The notes: generated by a model not told the origin, from the sequence alone. A DNA stretch of 63,791 bases, filler included, from Octopus bimaculoides (GCF_001194135.2; 5 parts of 5 records of this genome joined end to end with filler, not necessarily neighbours in it); one strand, 5' to 3'; shown: positions 50,729 through 63,368, counted from the whole stretch's first letter. Translations and numbers: made by a program.

Positions 50729-50820
50729 TCATCTCATGCATATGTTGGCATACAGTTTCAAGTCATCCACAAAGAGGTAGTGTGTAATTTTGGTATTCCT
50801 GTTTCCTTGCGAACCAGTGT
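50729..50820 (-). mobile_element. Small Dong/R4-type RT fragment
   Basis: Translates NRNTKITHYLFVDDLKLYAN (xHxLFxDDLKLY motif). Confidence 0.65.
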
Positions 50821-52300
50821 ATGTATGTATGTATGTATGTATGTATGTATGTATGTATGTATGTATGCATGTATGTATGTACGTGCGTATGTATGTATGT
50901 ATGTATGTATGCATGCGCGTGCGTATGTGTGTGCGTGTATGTTCATAGTTTGGCTCACAGCCAAAGGAAAACAATTTGTTGGAATGGATTTAAATGATCG
51001 TGATTTTTCAAGGAGATGAAGAAATATGCAGACATCTAAGGATAGATAAATAATGTGGAAAAAGACAGGAAAATAATGTCGCATCGCCAACGCGATTCGA
51101 ATGCCCCCATCATTATAAGAATGGGAAGCTTTAGTAATCGTAATTCTAAGTCTTACGGTTCTAATTGTTCGCACGATCAATGAATGATAGCGGTGTGAAA
51201 AGGTAATAAGAAAAGTACCTGAAGGAAAAAAATTTCTAAATATGATTATTTCTTAGATTTATTTGGGGTCCGAGGAGAAACAAACAATAAACGGAGAAAC
51301 AAGAATGTCAGAAAACGTGCCACAATTTCCTCTATGCATACCATGTGCAGAGACTCGTGATACTATTATCATTTCGCACGTGAAACTCTTTCTATCTTTC
51401 TTTTTTTTCTTTCTTCCACACCCTATGTATATATATATATATATATGTGGATATGTCTGTCTGAGTTTGACTGTGTCTGTATGCATACCCCGATACATAT
51501 CATATCTGTGTGTGTGTGTGTGTGTGTGTGTGTTTGTGTAACTATGTTTAGAACTAAATCTATAAATATATTTTCGATATAGAACGCCACTCCTACTCTT
51601 GCTTTCTCTTTCTCTTTCCGTAATGAATATTTTCTCAGAAGGTTCCCACAGTCAGGTTAATTTTTAATGCGTGAGAGATAAGGAAGGGACAGAGGCAAAA
51701 GGAAAGAATAGAAATAATAAAAACAAAAAGAAAATTTATAACAAACATAAAAATCCTGCATATTGCGAATAGGAAGGCGCTTGTAATATTTCTTTGAGTA
51801 TAAGGAAATAATACAGTATTGTTCCGCTATATAACTTTCAGTGTGATTATCTCAATTGTTTGAAATATTTATATGTGCTCCAAGAATAAATTTCAATGAA
51901 TACTTTTGATGAATGTTGTTCGATATTTCTGTATTTCATTATGGAAATACATTGTCTGTCGACATTTTGTTGTCGTCAGATTCTTTCAGTCACGTGCTTC
52001 GCCATGCTGAGCTATAGTGAAATTTGTGAGATAGCGTACTTTACAATACAGACAACGTATGAGTAGGCATATACATACGTACATACACGTGTATTACACA
52101 TAGATAGACACACAAACAAACAAATTAATAAGCCTTCAACACAAAGCATGATTTTGATTTTTAAGAGCGGACATTGCCATCTGGTTAAAAAGTTCGCTTG
52201 GCAAACATATGGGTTCGAGTTTGATTCCATAGCGTGGCACATGGTGTGAGCATCTTCTATTACGACTTCAAATTGTTTAATGCCTTATGAATGAAATTTG

Positions 52301-52624
52301 GGTGCGGTGTAGTATGTGATCTACATACATGTTTCTGGCATAGCTTGTGATCTACTTTAGCTCAAATGGTATAGTTTGTGAGCTACACCGACTTTTTGAT
52401 CTACATTTAACATTCATCTATTTACCCGGTTACTTGGTTAGGTATATAAACAAAAAAAACTTTTATGATTTAAACACTTTTAGATCATTTTTTAAATGTT
52501 TAACTCACTCCTCTAATTACAATAGCAAATTTATAACAAAATTTTGAATGTAGATCACAAGCTATTCTAGATTTAAGGTGCTGTAGATCACAATGGCATG
52601 TAGATCACATATTACACCGGCACC
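52301..52624. mobile_element. 324-bp non-autonomous DNA transposon (MITE) inserted in a SINE-B copy, 8-9 bp TSD
   Basis: TIRs GGTGC-GGTGTAGTATGTGATCTACAT / ATGTAGATCACATATTACACCGGCACC. Direct repeat GAAATTTG(G) at 52293 and 52625. Subterminal TGTGATCTAC-like motifs occur 3-4 times per side. The host SINE reads through (GCCTTATGAATGAAATTTGG|TAGAC). Confidence 0.75.
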
Positions 52625-52657
52625 GAAATTTGGTAGACAAACTTTACCATGTGTGTG

Positions 52658-52697
<40 letters not shown>

Positions 52698-52825
52698 TGT
52701 GTGTGTATGCGTGCGCCCGCGCGCGTTTGTACAGGAAAGGTGGGGCGCACAAACGAATATAAAAACAGCACATACTAAAGACGAACCGATGTACTTTTAC
52801 GTCCATGAAACACTTAACAATTATC

Positions 52826-52885
52826 GTACTTTCAATAGTACTTTCAATAGTACTTTCAATAGTACTTACGATAGTACTTAGAATG
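52826..52885 (+). repeat. 12-bp minisatellite (GTACTTTCAATA) x5
   Basis: Three perfect units followed by two diverged units. Confidence 0.85.
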
Positions 52886-53963
52886 GTAGTAGTGGTAGTA
52901 CGATTATAATGATGGATCCACTTGTTGGTTATTATAAAGGAATGCCTGTAATAGAGCCCTTGCAAAACTGAGCTTTTGCTACATTTACTGGATGGTTAGG
53001 TTTTCTTTTACTTTCTTTCTTTCTCTGTCTGTCTGTCTGTCTGTCTGTTTCTTTCTCTCTTTTGTTGATGATGTCAACAAAAGGTTTCAGGACGTTTGAT
53101 CATCCATGACATTACCCCGAGGTAAAAATTTGGGCTCGTCCTTGGCAGTTAATATATTTTGTTATGTGTTGTGTTTATAGTAAAACTGATTATTATAATT
53201 ATTTTTTAGCAGATAAAGACGTATTTTCTTTTGGTGTCGCTTTTGCCTTTTAAGGCTCTTGGATTTTGTTCTGTCTTGCTTGGGATCGGACTTCTTTTAT
53301 TCCGTGCCATGTTACGTAAACATATTTACTCTCATCTATACGCTATTAAAAGACCAAAATATTTTTGGCTTGACCTGTTTTGCGCATAATAATGGTATCA
53401 AAACTAAAAGCCAACACCCACCAAGAAAGTTAAGAAACGAAACAAAAAAACAAATATAAATCGTGTGAACAATACATTAGAGTCATTTGTAGCTTTAAAA
53501 ATTCACAATAAGAAATGGAATTTACATGGGAAAGTATATCCATACTAAAATACACAAAGGATAGTAGACAAAAGCCAAGCGGGAAAAGAAACTTCGTTAC
53601 AAATGACAAAGACATTTTGATTGTGGCCAGGCTTCAGCTCAAGAAAGAATTGTAGAACTAGAAATTCTGTACTCTTTCCCCACTGGAATGAAAATTCCTA
53701 TGCTTGAAAAATAGATAAGGGTTGGTTATGCAGCTTCAAAATCCTGCCTCAAATAACTCATATGATACCGAAAAAGCAGAGACTAAATTCTCAAATGAAC
53801 GTAGAAAATGGTCTGCAAATTCATTGCATTTTGTAATAATCAGAACACTAGTTTACTGTTTGGTTAATAAAAGATGTGTTACGTGAAAGTACAAAAGGAA
53901 GAGGAATTTTCTCTATACTCTCACGAAAGCAACTAAAAGATGTATTGCTTACATGTGTATCAG

Positions 53964-54122
53964 TTTTATACCTTAACTGAGGTAAACCTGATATACAAGA
54001 TTGAAAGTGGGGGGCAAATATTTGCCATGGACCAGCGTAACACAAATGAAATAGCCAGAGACGTAGGCAGTGACACCAAACCCTGGATCGTTGTAAACAT
54101 AGTTAGCACAATATGGACGAAG
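53964..54122 (+). CDS. Weak candidate exon (159 nt, phase 0-0), product unknown
   Basis: Acceptor ATGTGTATCAG and strong donor GAAG|GTAAGC. Open frame FYTLTEVNLIYKIESGGQIF..KPWIVVNIVSTIWTK. No homology recognised. Confidence 0.2.
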
Positions 54123-55374
54123 GTAAGCACAGAATCGCGATTAATGGCATGGTCAAGAGAAGTGAATACGGGCTTTTGATCCCTGAAAACCACGGGGCTA
54201 TTTCAGAGCTGTGCACTGTTATTGGTGCAAAACAAAAGCAATGAAAATGGCGGTGCAAGGCAGAGAGCTAATTTCTTACATTTGTGGAAGGAAGAACCAC
54301 TTGAGGTTAGAACATTATCCTTCGACAACAACGTTTATCTCGAAAGACATCTGCAGCAACAAAACCAATAATCGACGTTCCGAAGAAGGTCGAAGTTAAC
54401 TCGCCTCCAGGATCAGAAGCTGGTGCAATGTACTGAGCGATGTTTTGTTTTGTTTGTTGGCACACACACACACATGCACACACACACACATACACACGCA
54501 CACACAATCGCGCACGCGCAGCTAAACACATGTATGTATTCATACATCCATACATACATACACACGCGTACTTACCTACCTACCTACCTACCTACCTACC
54601 TACCTACATGTGTGCGGATGTTTGTGTATTTGTGTGTGAGTTATGAGAAAGGGGAAAAAAAAAGATATTGGCCCACTGGCGGGATTAGATCCACATACGA
54701 GTAGCTATCCAGTCCTGACGATTGTGTTCACTATTACACTAAAACGACCATGGCCAATTACCTCGCCCTCTTACTCTCAATAAAACAAACATACCGTTTT
54801 CTATCACTTACTGGCTAAATAAAATGATGATGGGCAACACCTATGATTTCTTGTTTTCTGGGTTTTTTTCTCATGGCGCCTAAAATTGGTGAGAAGAAAG
54901 AGAGAAAGAGCAGACATAATCCTTACATCAGGAGCCTGACTTGAATGCTTGCAACAGGGGACTCTACTAAAGGCATCAAAAGCCAAGTAGTGATCTTAAA
55001 CCCGGTGATGGATTAAAGCCACGGTCATGAACTAGAACTTTTGTTTCAACATGCTCCAATACAATTTCCATTTATCAGAAATGGCATTTCAATGACGAAG
55101 TTGCGAATTAGCAAGTAAAGGACTCTGACAGAACATTGCTGATTGATTGACTGAACAATTGATCAAACGATAGATTAATTAATTGGTTAAATGGTTTAAG
55201 TAGTTGACTAGTAAAAAAAATAAAAGAATTGAAATAGAATTAGTGCGTGTGTTTATTATTGGCATAATGACCCTCCCAAGATACAACAAAATCTGCTTCA
55301 GCACACAAATTCACATTATTCACTGAATCGGTTATGTTACACCGTAGTAAATCTGATTGTAAGGACCATTGACT

Positions 55375-55670
55375 GGTGAAGACGCGTGGCCTAGTGGCTA
55401 GAGCGCTGCGCTCTTGATCGTAAGATGGTGGTTTCGAATCCCGGAACGAGCAGTAAGTTTGTTCTTGAGTAAAACTCTTCTTTTCACGTTGCACCAGTCC
55501 ACTCGGTTGTAAATGAGCTGCAGTAATAGTTGGGAAGTTAACCATGAGATGGACTGGTGTCTAATCTAAGGGGAGGGAAAGTTGTTATCTCGGTCAATTA
55601 TACACCGTGGAACCCGGGTAAAGTTCCGCTCATATGAGTGCTAGGGCTCATGAAAGACCTAACGCCGTTC
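55375..55670 (+). mobile_element. tRNA-derived SINE family E
   Basis: Head GTGAAGACGCGTGGCCTAGTGG (A box)..GGTTTCGAATCCC (B box), then TTTCACGTTGCACCAGTCCACTC and GATGGACTGGTGTC. Related copies lie at 42790 (-) and 59870 (+). Confidence 0.75.
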
Positions 55671-55840
55671 ATATGGTCCCTTTCCCTAGCAACCCTCTTT
55701 TGGTAAAACTGATATTTTACTGGATGACCCAATTACATAAAAAAGTAGAAATTAACGTAAGATAAGACAATAAGACAATATGATCGGATATTTATCAAGG
55801 TAACTGGGTAAAGATTGTGGACCATTAGTAAATTTACTGA

Positions 55841-55969
55841 AAAGTTCTGTAAGGGTATCGTGAAGGGCCTGGTTGGAGACCCAACCTTCCGAGTTCTTTT
55901 ACAGGGCTTAGAAAAACTGAAGGACCGCTGCAATAAGTGTGTGAATCTGAGAGAGGAATATGTTGAATG
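55841..55969 (+). mobile_element. Partial second copy of the 17380 mariner MITE
   Basis: GGGTATCGTGAAGGGCCTGG..TTTTACAGGGCTTAGAAAAACTGAAGGACCGCTGCAATAAGTGTGTGAATCTGAGAG matches 17410-17530. Confidence 0.8.
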
Positions 55970-56760
55970 ACTGAAAGTAAAACAAAGTGGTTGCAAACCT
56001 AGCTTCTTTATCATACAGCAATGCCTTCTCATGTATCTAAGTAAATGAAAACTAATCAAAAATTAAAAAAAAGAAACGAAAAGAAAACGGCGACGCCTCA
56101 GTCCAGACACCGAAACATATAAAAGATAAAAGGTAGAGTCTTACATTTATAAATTGTTGTTTAGATTTAGGTCAGCTCTGAATGAATATCAACNNNNNNN
56201 NNNNNNNNNNNNNNNNNNNNNNNNNNNNNNNNNNNNNNNNNNNNNNNNNNNNNNNNNNNNNNNNNNNNNNNNNNNNNNNNNNNNNNNNNNNNNNNNNNNN
56301 NNNNNNNNNNNNNNNNNNNNNNNNNNNNNNNNNNNNNNNNNNNNNNNNNNNNNNNNNNNNNNNNNNNNNNNNNNNNNNNNNNNNNNNNNNNNNNNNNNNN
56401 NNNNNNNNNNNNNNNNNNNNNNNNNNNNNNNNNNNNNNNNNNNNNNNNNNNNNNNNNNNNNNNNNNNNNNNNNNNNNNNNNNNNNNNNNNNNNNNNNNNN
56501 NNNNNNNNNNNNNNNNNNNNNNNNNNNNNNNNNNNNNNNNNNNNNNNNNNNNNNNNNNNNNNNNNNNNNNNNNNNNNNNNNNNNNNNNNNNNNNNNNNNN
56601 NNNNNNNNNNNNNNNNNNNNNNNNNNNNNNNNNNNNNNNNNNNNNNNNNNNNNNNNNNNNNNNNNNNNNNNNNNNNNNNNNNNNNNNNNNNNNNNNNNNN
56701 NNNNNNNNNNNNNNNNNNNNNNNNNNNNNNNNNNNNNNNNNNNNNNNNNNNNATTATATC

Positions 56761-58023
56761 TATATCAGATCATTAAGAATGAAATGTCCGATTTTCTTAT
56801 GCACCAAGTTTGACAGTCGTTAACTCTAATGTTTTATCCTGACAATTCTTTGAAGAGTTACATCATCACTTATCGTAATGCAATTCATGGTCTTTGATTA
56901 TAGTGTGAGTTTTCTTTTGTAAATCAATTTTTGTGAACCCATGGTTAGATAAAAAATTCGTGTTGTTTATGAAAATGAGTTGCCTCGTGGAACCAAGGCA
57001 TTCTAGGTGGCCCGAAACGTTAATGAGGTGTATGGTGAAGATGTGGCGAATCAGCACACTGTACGTGGATGGTTTGAGAAGTTCCGGTCAGGTGACATTA
57101 CTCTTGAAAATCAGTCCTGTGAGAGACCTGAGACCAAAGTGGATAATGATGAGCTGGAAACTGTAGTGGAAGCGGATACACCTCAAACTACGCGTGAGTG
57201 AGCAGCAAGGTTTGATGTTTCGATTCCAACTGTATTGGACCATCTGAAACAAATCGGCAAGGTAAAGAATCTGGACAAATGGGTACCATACGAACTGAAT
57301 GAGCATCAAATGACACGTGGTCTTGAAATTTGCTGTTCTTTGCTGTCGTGGCATAAAAGCGAAACATTTTTGCATCGTATTATTGCGTGTGATGAAAAAT
57401 GGATTCTTTTCAATAAAAGTAAGTGTTTCGTACGGTGGTTGAATAGAGACGAAGTGCCAAAACACAATCCAAAAAAGAATATTTTTCAAAAAGGGTTACT
57501 AGAGCCTGTTCGGTGGTCCAGCGCTGGTGTCATCCACTACAGCTTCATAAAACCTGGTAAGTCAATTACAACGGACGTATACATCAACCAATTGGATGAA
57601 ATGATGAGTGAACTTGCAATTAAACAACTGAGTTTGGTCAATAGAGACAAGCCAATTCTCTTGCAAGACAATGCTTGACCACATGTTGCACAAAGAACAC
57701 TACTCAAGTTACAGGAACTGAACATAGAAGTACTCTGTCATCCACCATATTCACCAGACCTTGCACCAACTATTACGTTTCCCGGCATCAGACAACTTTT
57801 GCAAAGAAAAACTCAAAATCTGAAGAAGATGCCAAAATAGCCATTCGTGATTTTTTGCTCTCCAAAATTCTTCACTGCCGGCATAAATAAGCTGCCGATA
57901 AAATGGCAAAATCTGTTGATAATTTAGGTGCATACTTTGATTAATTGCATTGATTTTTGTTGAGATAAAGTAAAATAAACTTTCAGTTCAAAATCAGACA
58001 TTTCGTTTTTATTACCTGATATA
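56761..58023 (+). mobile_element. Full-length, inactivated mariner element (Mos1/Hsmar1-like), transposase pseudogene about 56930-57945
   Basis: About 34-bp TIRs TATATCAGATCATTAAGAATGAAATGTCCGATTTT / AAAATCAGACATTTCGTTTTTATTACCTGATATA. Motifs WFEKFRSG, WVPYEL, CDEKW, LLQDNA, HPPYSPDLAPT and LGAYFD*. Stops at 57199 and 57676, plus frameshifts. Confidence 0.92.
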
Positions 58024-58039
58024 TATCCTTTATCTTTTT

Positions 58040-58435
58040 CTTTTACTTGTTTCAGTGAGTTGACTGTGGCCATGCTGGGGTACCACCTTGATGAGTTTTA
58101 GTCGAATGAATTGCCCCCGAGACTTTTTTTCAAGCGGGTACTTATCCTATCGGTCTCTTAGGCCGAACCGTTAAGTTACTTGGACATAAACACACCAGCA
58201 CCGGTTGTCAAATGGTGTTGGGGGACAAGTACACGCACACGCACACACACAGACACCCTACCACACACACATGACAGTCGTCTTTCAGTTTCTGTTTACA
58301 AAATTCACTCACAAGGCTTTGGTCGGACCGAGGCTATTGTAGAAGATACATGACAAGGTACCGCTCAGTGGCGCTGAACCCAGAACCATGTGGTTGGGAA
58401 GCAAGCATCTTTCCACACAGTCCCGCCTGTATATA

Positions 58436-58479
<44 letters not shown>

Positions 58480-59243
58480 NNNNNNNNNNNNNNNNNNNNN
58501 NNNNNNNNNNNNNNNNNNNNNNNNNNNNNNNNNNNNNNNNNNNNNNNNNNNNNNNNNNNNNNNNNNNNNNNNNNNNNNNNNNNNNNNNNNNNNNNNNNNN
58601 NNNNNNNNNNNNNNNNNNNNNNNNNNNNNNNNNNNNNNNNNNNNNNNNNNNNNNNNNNNNNNNNNNNNNNNNNNNNNNNNNNNNNNNNNNNNNNNNNNNN
58701 NNNNNNNNNNNNNNNNNNNNNNNNNNNNNNNNNNNNNNNNNNNNNNNNNNNNNNNNNNNNNNNNNNNNNNNNNNNNNNNNNNNNNNNNNNNNNNNNNNNN
58801 NNNNNNNNNNNNNNNNNNNNNNNNNNNNNNNNNNNNNNNNNNNNNNNNNNNNNNNNNNNNNNNNNNNNNNNNNNNNNNNNNNNNNNNNNNNNNNNNNNNN
58901 NNNNNNNNNNNNNNNNNNNNNNNNNNNNNNNNNNNNNNNNNNNATACCGGCCTCCCCTCTCCACGCCACCAGTGTTATCCAAGGGAAAGGCATCGGTTGT
59001 CAAGCGATATTGGGTGGGGGGACAAACACAGACACAGAAACATTCACACACACGTACATGCATACATATATATATATACGACGGGCTTCTTTTCAGTTTC
59101 CGTCTACCATATCCACTCACAAGGCTTTGGTCGGCCCGAGGCTATAGTAGAAGACACTTGCCCAAGGTGCCACGCAGTGGGACTGAACCCAGAACTATGT
59201 GGTTGGTAAGCAAGCTACTTACCACACAACCACTCCTGCGCCT
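58040..59243 (-). mobile_element. Two SINE family B copies (58040-58430 and 58985-59243) either side of a gap
   Basis: Reverse complement of the family B consensus. Confidence 0.8.
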
Positions 59244-59343
59244 GTTAAATATTTTTTAGTAAATTTTGATGTTGTCAAGAACCAAGTTTGTTGATGGAAT
59301 TTCTGATATAGATCAAAATATTGTCATCAATTTTGGTGAATGC

Positions 59344-59521
59344 TATTGTTGGTATTTAAAAAACAACAATGCTGCATTTAACAACAATAGAGGTTAGTTC
59401 AGTATACATACATACACGTATGCAGAGATACACACACATATACATTCATATATACATATATATAAATACACACAAATATACAAATACATACATACATACA
59501 TAGACACACATTCATACAGAC

Positions 59522-59563
<42 letters not shown>

Positions 59564-59709
59564 CCATCCATCCATACATACATACGTGCACATACAGTTG
59601 TGGGAATGTTACAATGTTAATCCATCTACGGAACTATTAAATACTCAAAATATTCTTGACGTTTTTTCTCTGGTACAAACAAGGAACTACACACACACAC
59701 ACACACACG

Positions 59710-59749
<40 letters not shown>

Positions 59750-60901
59750 TCCACATGCAGAAACATACAACCATACAAATACAACAGACACACACAACCA
59801 CTCACATACATACATACACGCATACACATACATGCGCAAGACAAACTTAATCGTTATTTACGTGGTTTAGTAGTTAAGGTTGTTGGGCAGACGATCACAA
59901 AACGCTGGGTTCGATTCCTGTATCAGACAGCTCGTCGTGTCTTTGGGCAGGAGTAAGGTGCTTTGTTTCACGTTGCTCCAATTTATTCACTTGAAACNNN
60001 NNNNNNNNNNNNNNNNNNNNNNNNNNNNNNNNNNNNNNNNNNNNNNNNNNNNNNNNNNNNNNNNNNNNNNNNNNNNNNNNNNNNNNNNNNNNNNNNNNNN
60101 NNNNNNNNNNNNNNNNNNNNNNNNNNNNNNNNNNNNNNNNNNNNNNNNNNNNNNNNNNNNNNNNNNNNNNNNNNNNNNNNNNNNNNNNNNNNNNNNNNNN
60201 NNNNNNNNNNNNNNNNNNNNNNNNNNNNNNNNNNNNNNNNNNNNNNNNNNNNNNNNNNNNNNNNNNNNNNNNNNNNNNNNNNNNNNNNNNNNNNNNNNNN
60301 NNNNNNNNNNNNNNNNNNNNNNNNNNNNNNNNNNNNNNNNNNNNNNNNNNNNNNNNNNNNNNNNNNNNNNNNNNNNNNNNNNNNNNNNNNNNNNNNNNNN
60401 NNNNNNNNNNNNNNNNNNNNNNNNNNNNNNNNNNNNNNNNNNNNNNNNNNNNNNNNNNNNNNNNNNNNNNNNNNNNNNNNNNNNNNNNNNNNNNNNNNNN
60501 NNNNNNNNNNNNNNNNNNNNNNNNNNNNNNNNNNNNNNNNNNNNNNNNNNNNNNNNNNNNNNNNNNNNNNNNNNNNNNNNNNNATATATACATATATCAA
60601 AAAAATTCAAATAAGAGCTTTGACGCTAAATCCATATATATTAAAGTTTATTACCTATGTATACATTTCTGCATAAGGTCAAATTCAACTCTTTAATTCA
60701 AGTTAAATTAGTAAATTACTTTACACATCCTCAGGGTAAAAAGTAATTATTGTTGGTATTTAAAAAACAACAATGCTGCATTTAACAACAATAGATGTTA
60801 GTTCAGTATACATACGTACACGTATGCAGAGATACACACACATATACATTCATGTATACATATATATAAATACACACAAACATACAAATACATACATACA
60901 T
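59344..60901 (+). repeat. About 155-bp direct duplication (59344-59498 and 60748-60901)
   Basis: TATTGTTGGTATTTAAAAAACAACAATGCTGCATTTAACAACAATAGA.. is repeated with 4 substitutions seen by eye. Confidence 0.85.
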
Positions 60902-60930
60902 TATATGAACACATATATATACATATAGAT

Positions 60931-60961
<31 letters not shown>

Positions 60962-61584
60962 AATATAAGGTGTGTTATGAGCATTTATAGAACACGTATC
61001 CTATATTAAACTCAACAAACAATTAAAGATGGAGAAGAGAAGGTGTTAAATGTTTTAAGAAAATATTTAATCCATGCATACGATCGTTTCGAACGGTAAT
61101 ATTAACATGTAAATGACATGGAAAAAAAATTAGAAATTAATTTAATTATAATTATAATTCAATTCATTACATATCACTGTTCTCCTCTGTGCGAAGGAAT
61201 AATACATGAAAAAGAATACACCAGAAGAATATTATATTGTAACAGAAGACTAGAAAGAGTGGGTGTCAGATAACATATTCGGATATGCATGATATGCTTA
61301 TGAAAGATGAAAGATGGAAACATGCTCGGGTAGTGTTGAGTCTAGTTGTGTATGAAGTATAACTGATGCGGCTAACGGTTGGTATCAATGATAACGATGA
61401 TGATAGTGATGCTGATGATGGTGATGGTTATGGTGATGATCATGTTGACGAGGATGAATTGTTGACAATGATGACCATATAAGTAATGATGTTGACGATG
61501 GTGATACAATACAATTCGATATTATCTATAAAACGATATTGTCAATAACAATGATAATGCTGATTATAACGAAAATTTACATAC

Positions 61585-62073
61585 CTTTTGGAATTTTGGG
61601 GTTTCGTGTACTCGTGAGTATTGTACTAGTTAATATCTTCGTCATTGTTGTTGGTGGCGTTGTTGTTGCTTCTGTTGTTGATGCACTTGTTGTTGTTGCT
61701 TCTGTTGTCGTTGTTGTTTTTGGTGGTGGTGGTTGTGATGGCGTGGTTGTTATTCTGTTTCCTGTTGCGAGTAGTTTCGTTTGTGGAACTGTTTGTGGAA
61801 CTGTGTACTGAGCTGTAGTGGTAGAACGTATGTTTGTTGAGCGTACAGTTGTAGAAGGTACGGAGGCAACGAGCTCGCAGTCGTCCCAGTACGAATTAAT
61901 CTCAACACAAGCCGAACCAACTTGTGACCAGACCTGACCATGAGCACACGCTGGCATTAATATTGGTCGTCCGTAAATGCAGAAGTAATACTTGCTACAG
62001 TTTTGTGGGTCTCTTTGCCATTGTGTAGGTCTGTTAGAACGACAAGGGTATTTAGGGTTGTACGTAAGGTGTG
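61585..62073 (-). CDS. Exon encoding a chitin-binding type-2 (CBM14/peritrophin-A) domain plus a Thr/Pro-rich mucin-like linker
   Basis: Acceptor TTCTTTTTTACGTACCAACAG and donor AAAG|GTATGT, 489 nt, phase 1-1. Six Cys in CRSN..RDPQNCSKYYFCIYG..MPACAHGQVWSQVGSACV..WDDC follow the CBM14 spacing; TTT/PPP-rich sequence follows. Confidence 0.88.
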
Positions 62074-62603
62074 CTGTTGGTACGTAAAAAAGAACAATAA
62101 GGGAGTTGAGAAGTAGATTGCTGAGATGATATAAATGCATTGTGTTTAGTGGATATATGATACCCTAAAGAACTGTCAATGTCTATAAAATATGATCAGA
62201 GAAAAGGGAAATAAGAATAAGATGCTGTGACTGTGCTAACAGTGAACTTATCTTTGCCGTGAATACTTCAAGAAAATAATAATCACCTTTAATAAGTAGA
62301 CTGAATGAAGGCAGTTAAGAGAAAACGAAGCAAATACGAAAGAAAATTGGTTATTTGATCAGATGAGTAAATATTGAAGGGTCTGAAAAAATGTTAGGTG
62401 CACCTCTCTTGATGCATACAATCTTCAGGTGATTAACAGAGCTATTTTACTTTTGTAAATTTTGCTCAATGAGCCCGCGTTTGGAGCAAACACGCAAACT
62501 GACACACTTTCTCACTGCGACTGTGTATTCAAGCAAGTTTGTCAAATATACTCAGTGAGTTTAGAATAAGGATTAGAGCGAGGAATCAACTCGAGATTTA
62601 TAC

Positions 62604-62738
62604 AAGGCTTGAAGTTGGTGGAAGAGGTGGTGGTAGTATTGTTGTTGTTGTTGGTGGTGGTTGGAGTGATAGTGGCAGTGGTAGTAGTAGTGTTAAAGCG
62701 AAGAGATTTAGCGATCTTTACTCGATGTAAAGAAAATT
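62604..62738 (-). CDS. Candidate Thr-rich exon of the same gene
   Basis: Strong acceptor TTTCTTACTTTTCAG. Only the phase-1 frame is open (FSLHRVKIAKSLRFNTTTTTATITPTTT..). A phase-1 donor CCTT|GTATAA would give 135 nt, but it is weak. Confidence 0.3.
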
Positions 62739-63257
62739 CTGAAAAGTAAGAAATAAATAAAGGAAGAAAAGAAGGATATCAAACAGAAAGATCGTCGTCT
62801 AGTTGTAACATTCTTTCAAAATAACTGTTACTCCTCTACTGTTCCATATTCTAGTGACCACCTCGTCGAATATTTTCTTTTGCTTTGTTTTGTATTTTCT
62901 CCCACTTCACAGCGTCCTTGGATTTCATACAATAAAATATAATAATTCCAGTTTAGAAAATTCGGTTTAGTTGATTTAATTATTGGTCGGCTGTATTTTA
63001 GCTAACTTTCATTAATCTTCATTCGCTTACTATATGTACATATATATATATATATATATATATANNNNNNNNNNNNNNNNNNNNNNNNNNNNNNNNNNNN
63101 NNNNNNNNNNNNNNNNNNNNNNNNNNNNNNNNNNNNNNNNNNNNNNNNNNNNNNNNNNNNNNNNNNNNNNNNNNNNNNNNNNNNNNNNNNNNNNNNNNNN
63201 NNNNNNNNNNNNNNNNNNNNNNNNNNNNNNNNNNNNNNNNNNNNNNNNNNNNNNNNN

Positions 63258-63368
63258 CGACAACCTGCTGACGTCATCGCAATCTCCATCTGGAACCACT
63301 CGAAATGAAACCACCACCACCACCACCACCACTATCAACATCAACAATCCCGCTACCACCTTCGCCAT
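63258..63368 (-). CDS. Probable first coding exon (signal peptide) of the chitin-binding gene; runs into a gap
   Basis: MAKVVAGLLMLIVVVVVVVVSFRVVPDGDCDDVSRLS: basic N-terminus and hydrophobic core, on the same strand 1.2 kb upstream of the CBM14 exon. The poly-V part is a (GTG)n repeat, which weakens the case. Confidence 0.5.
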
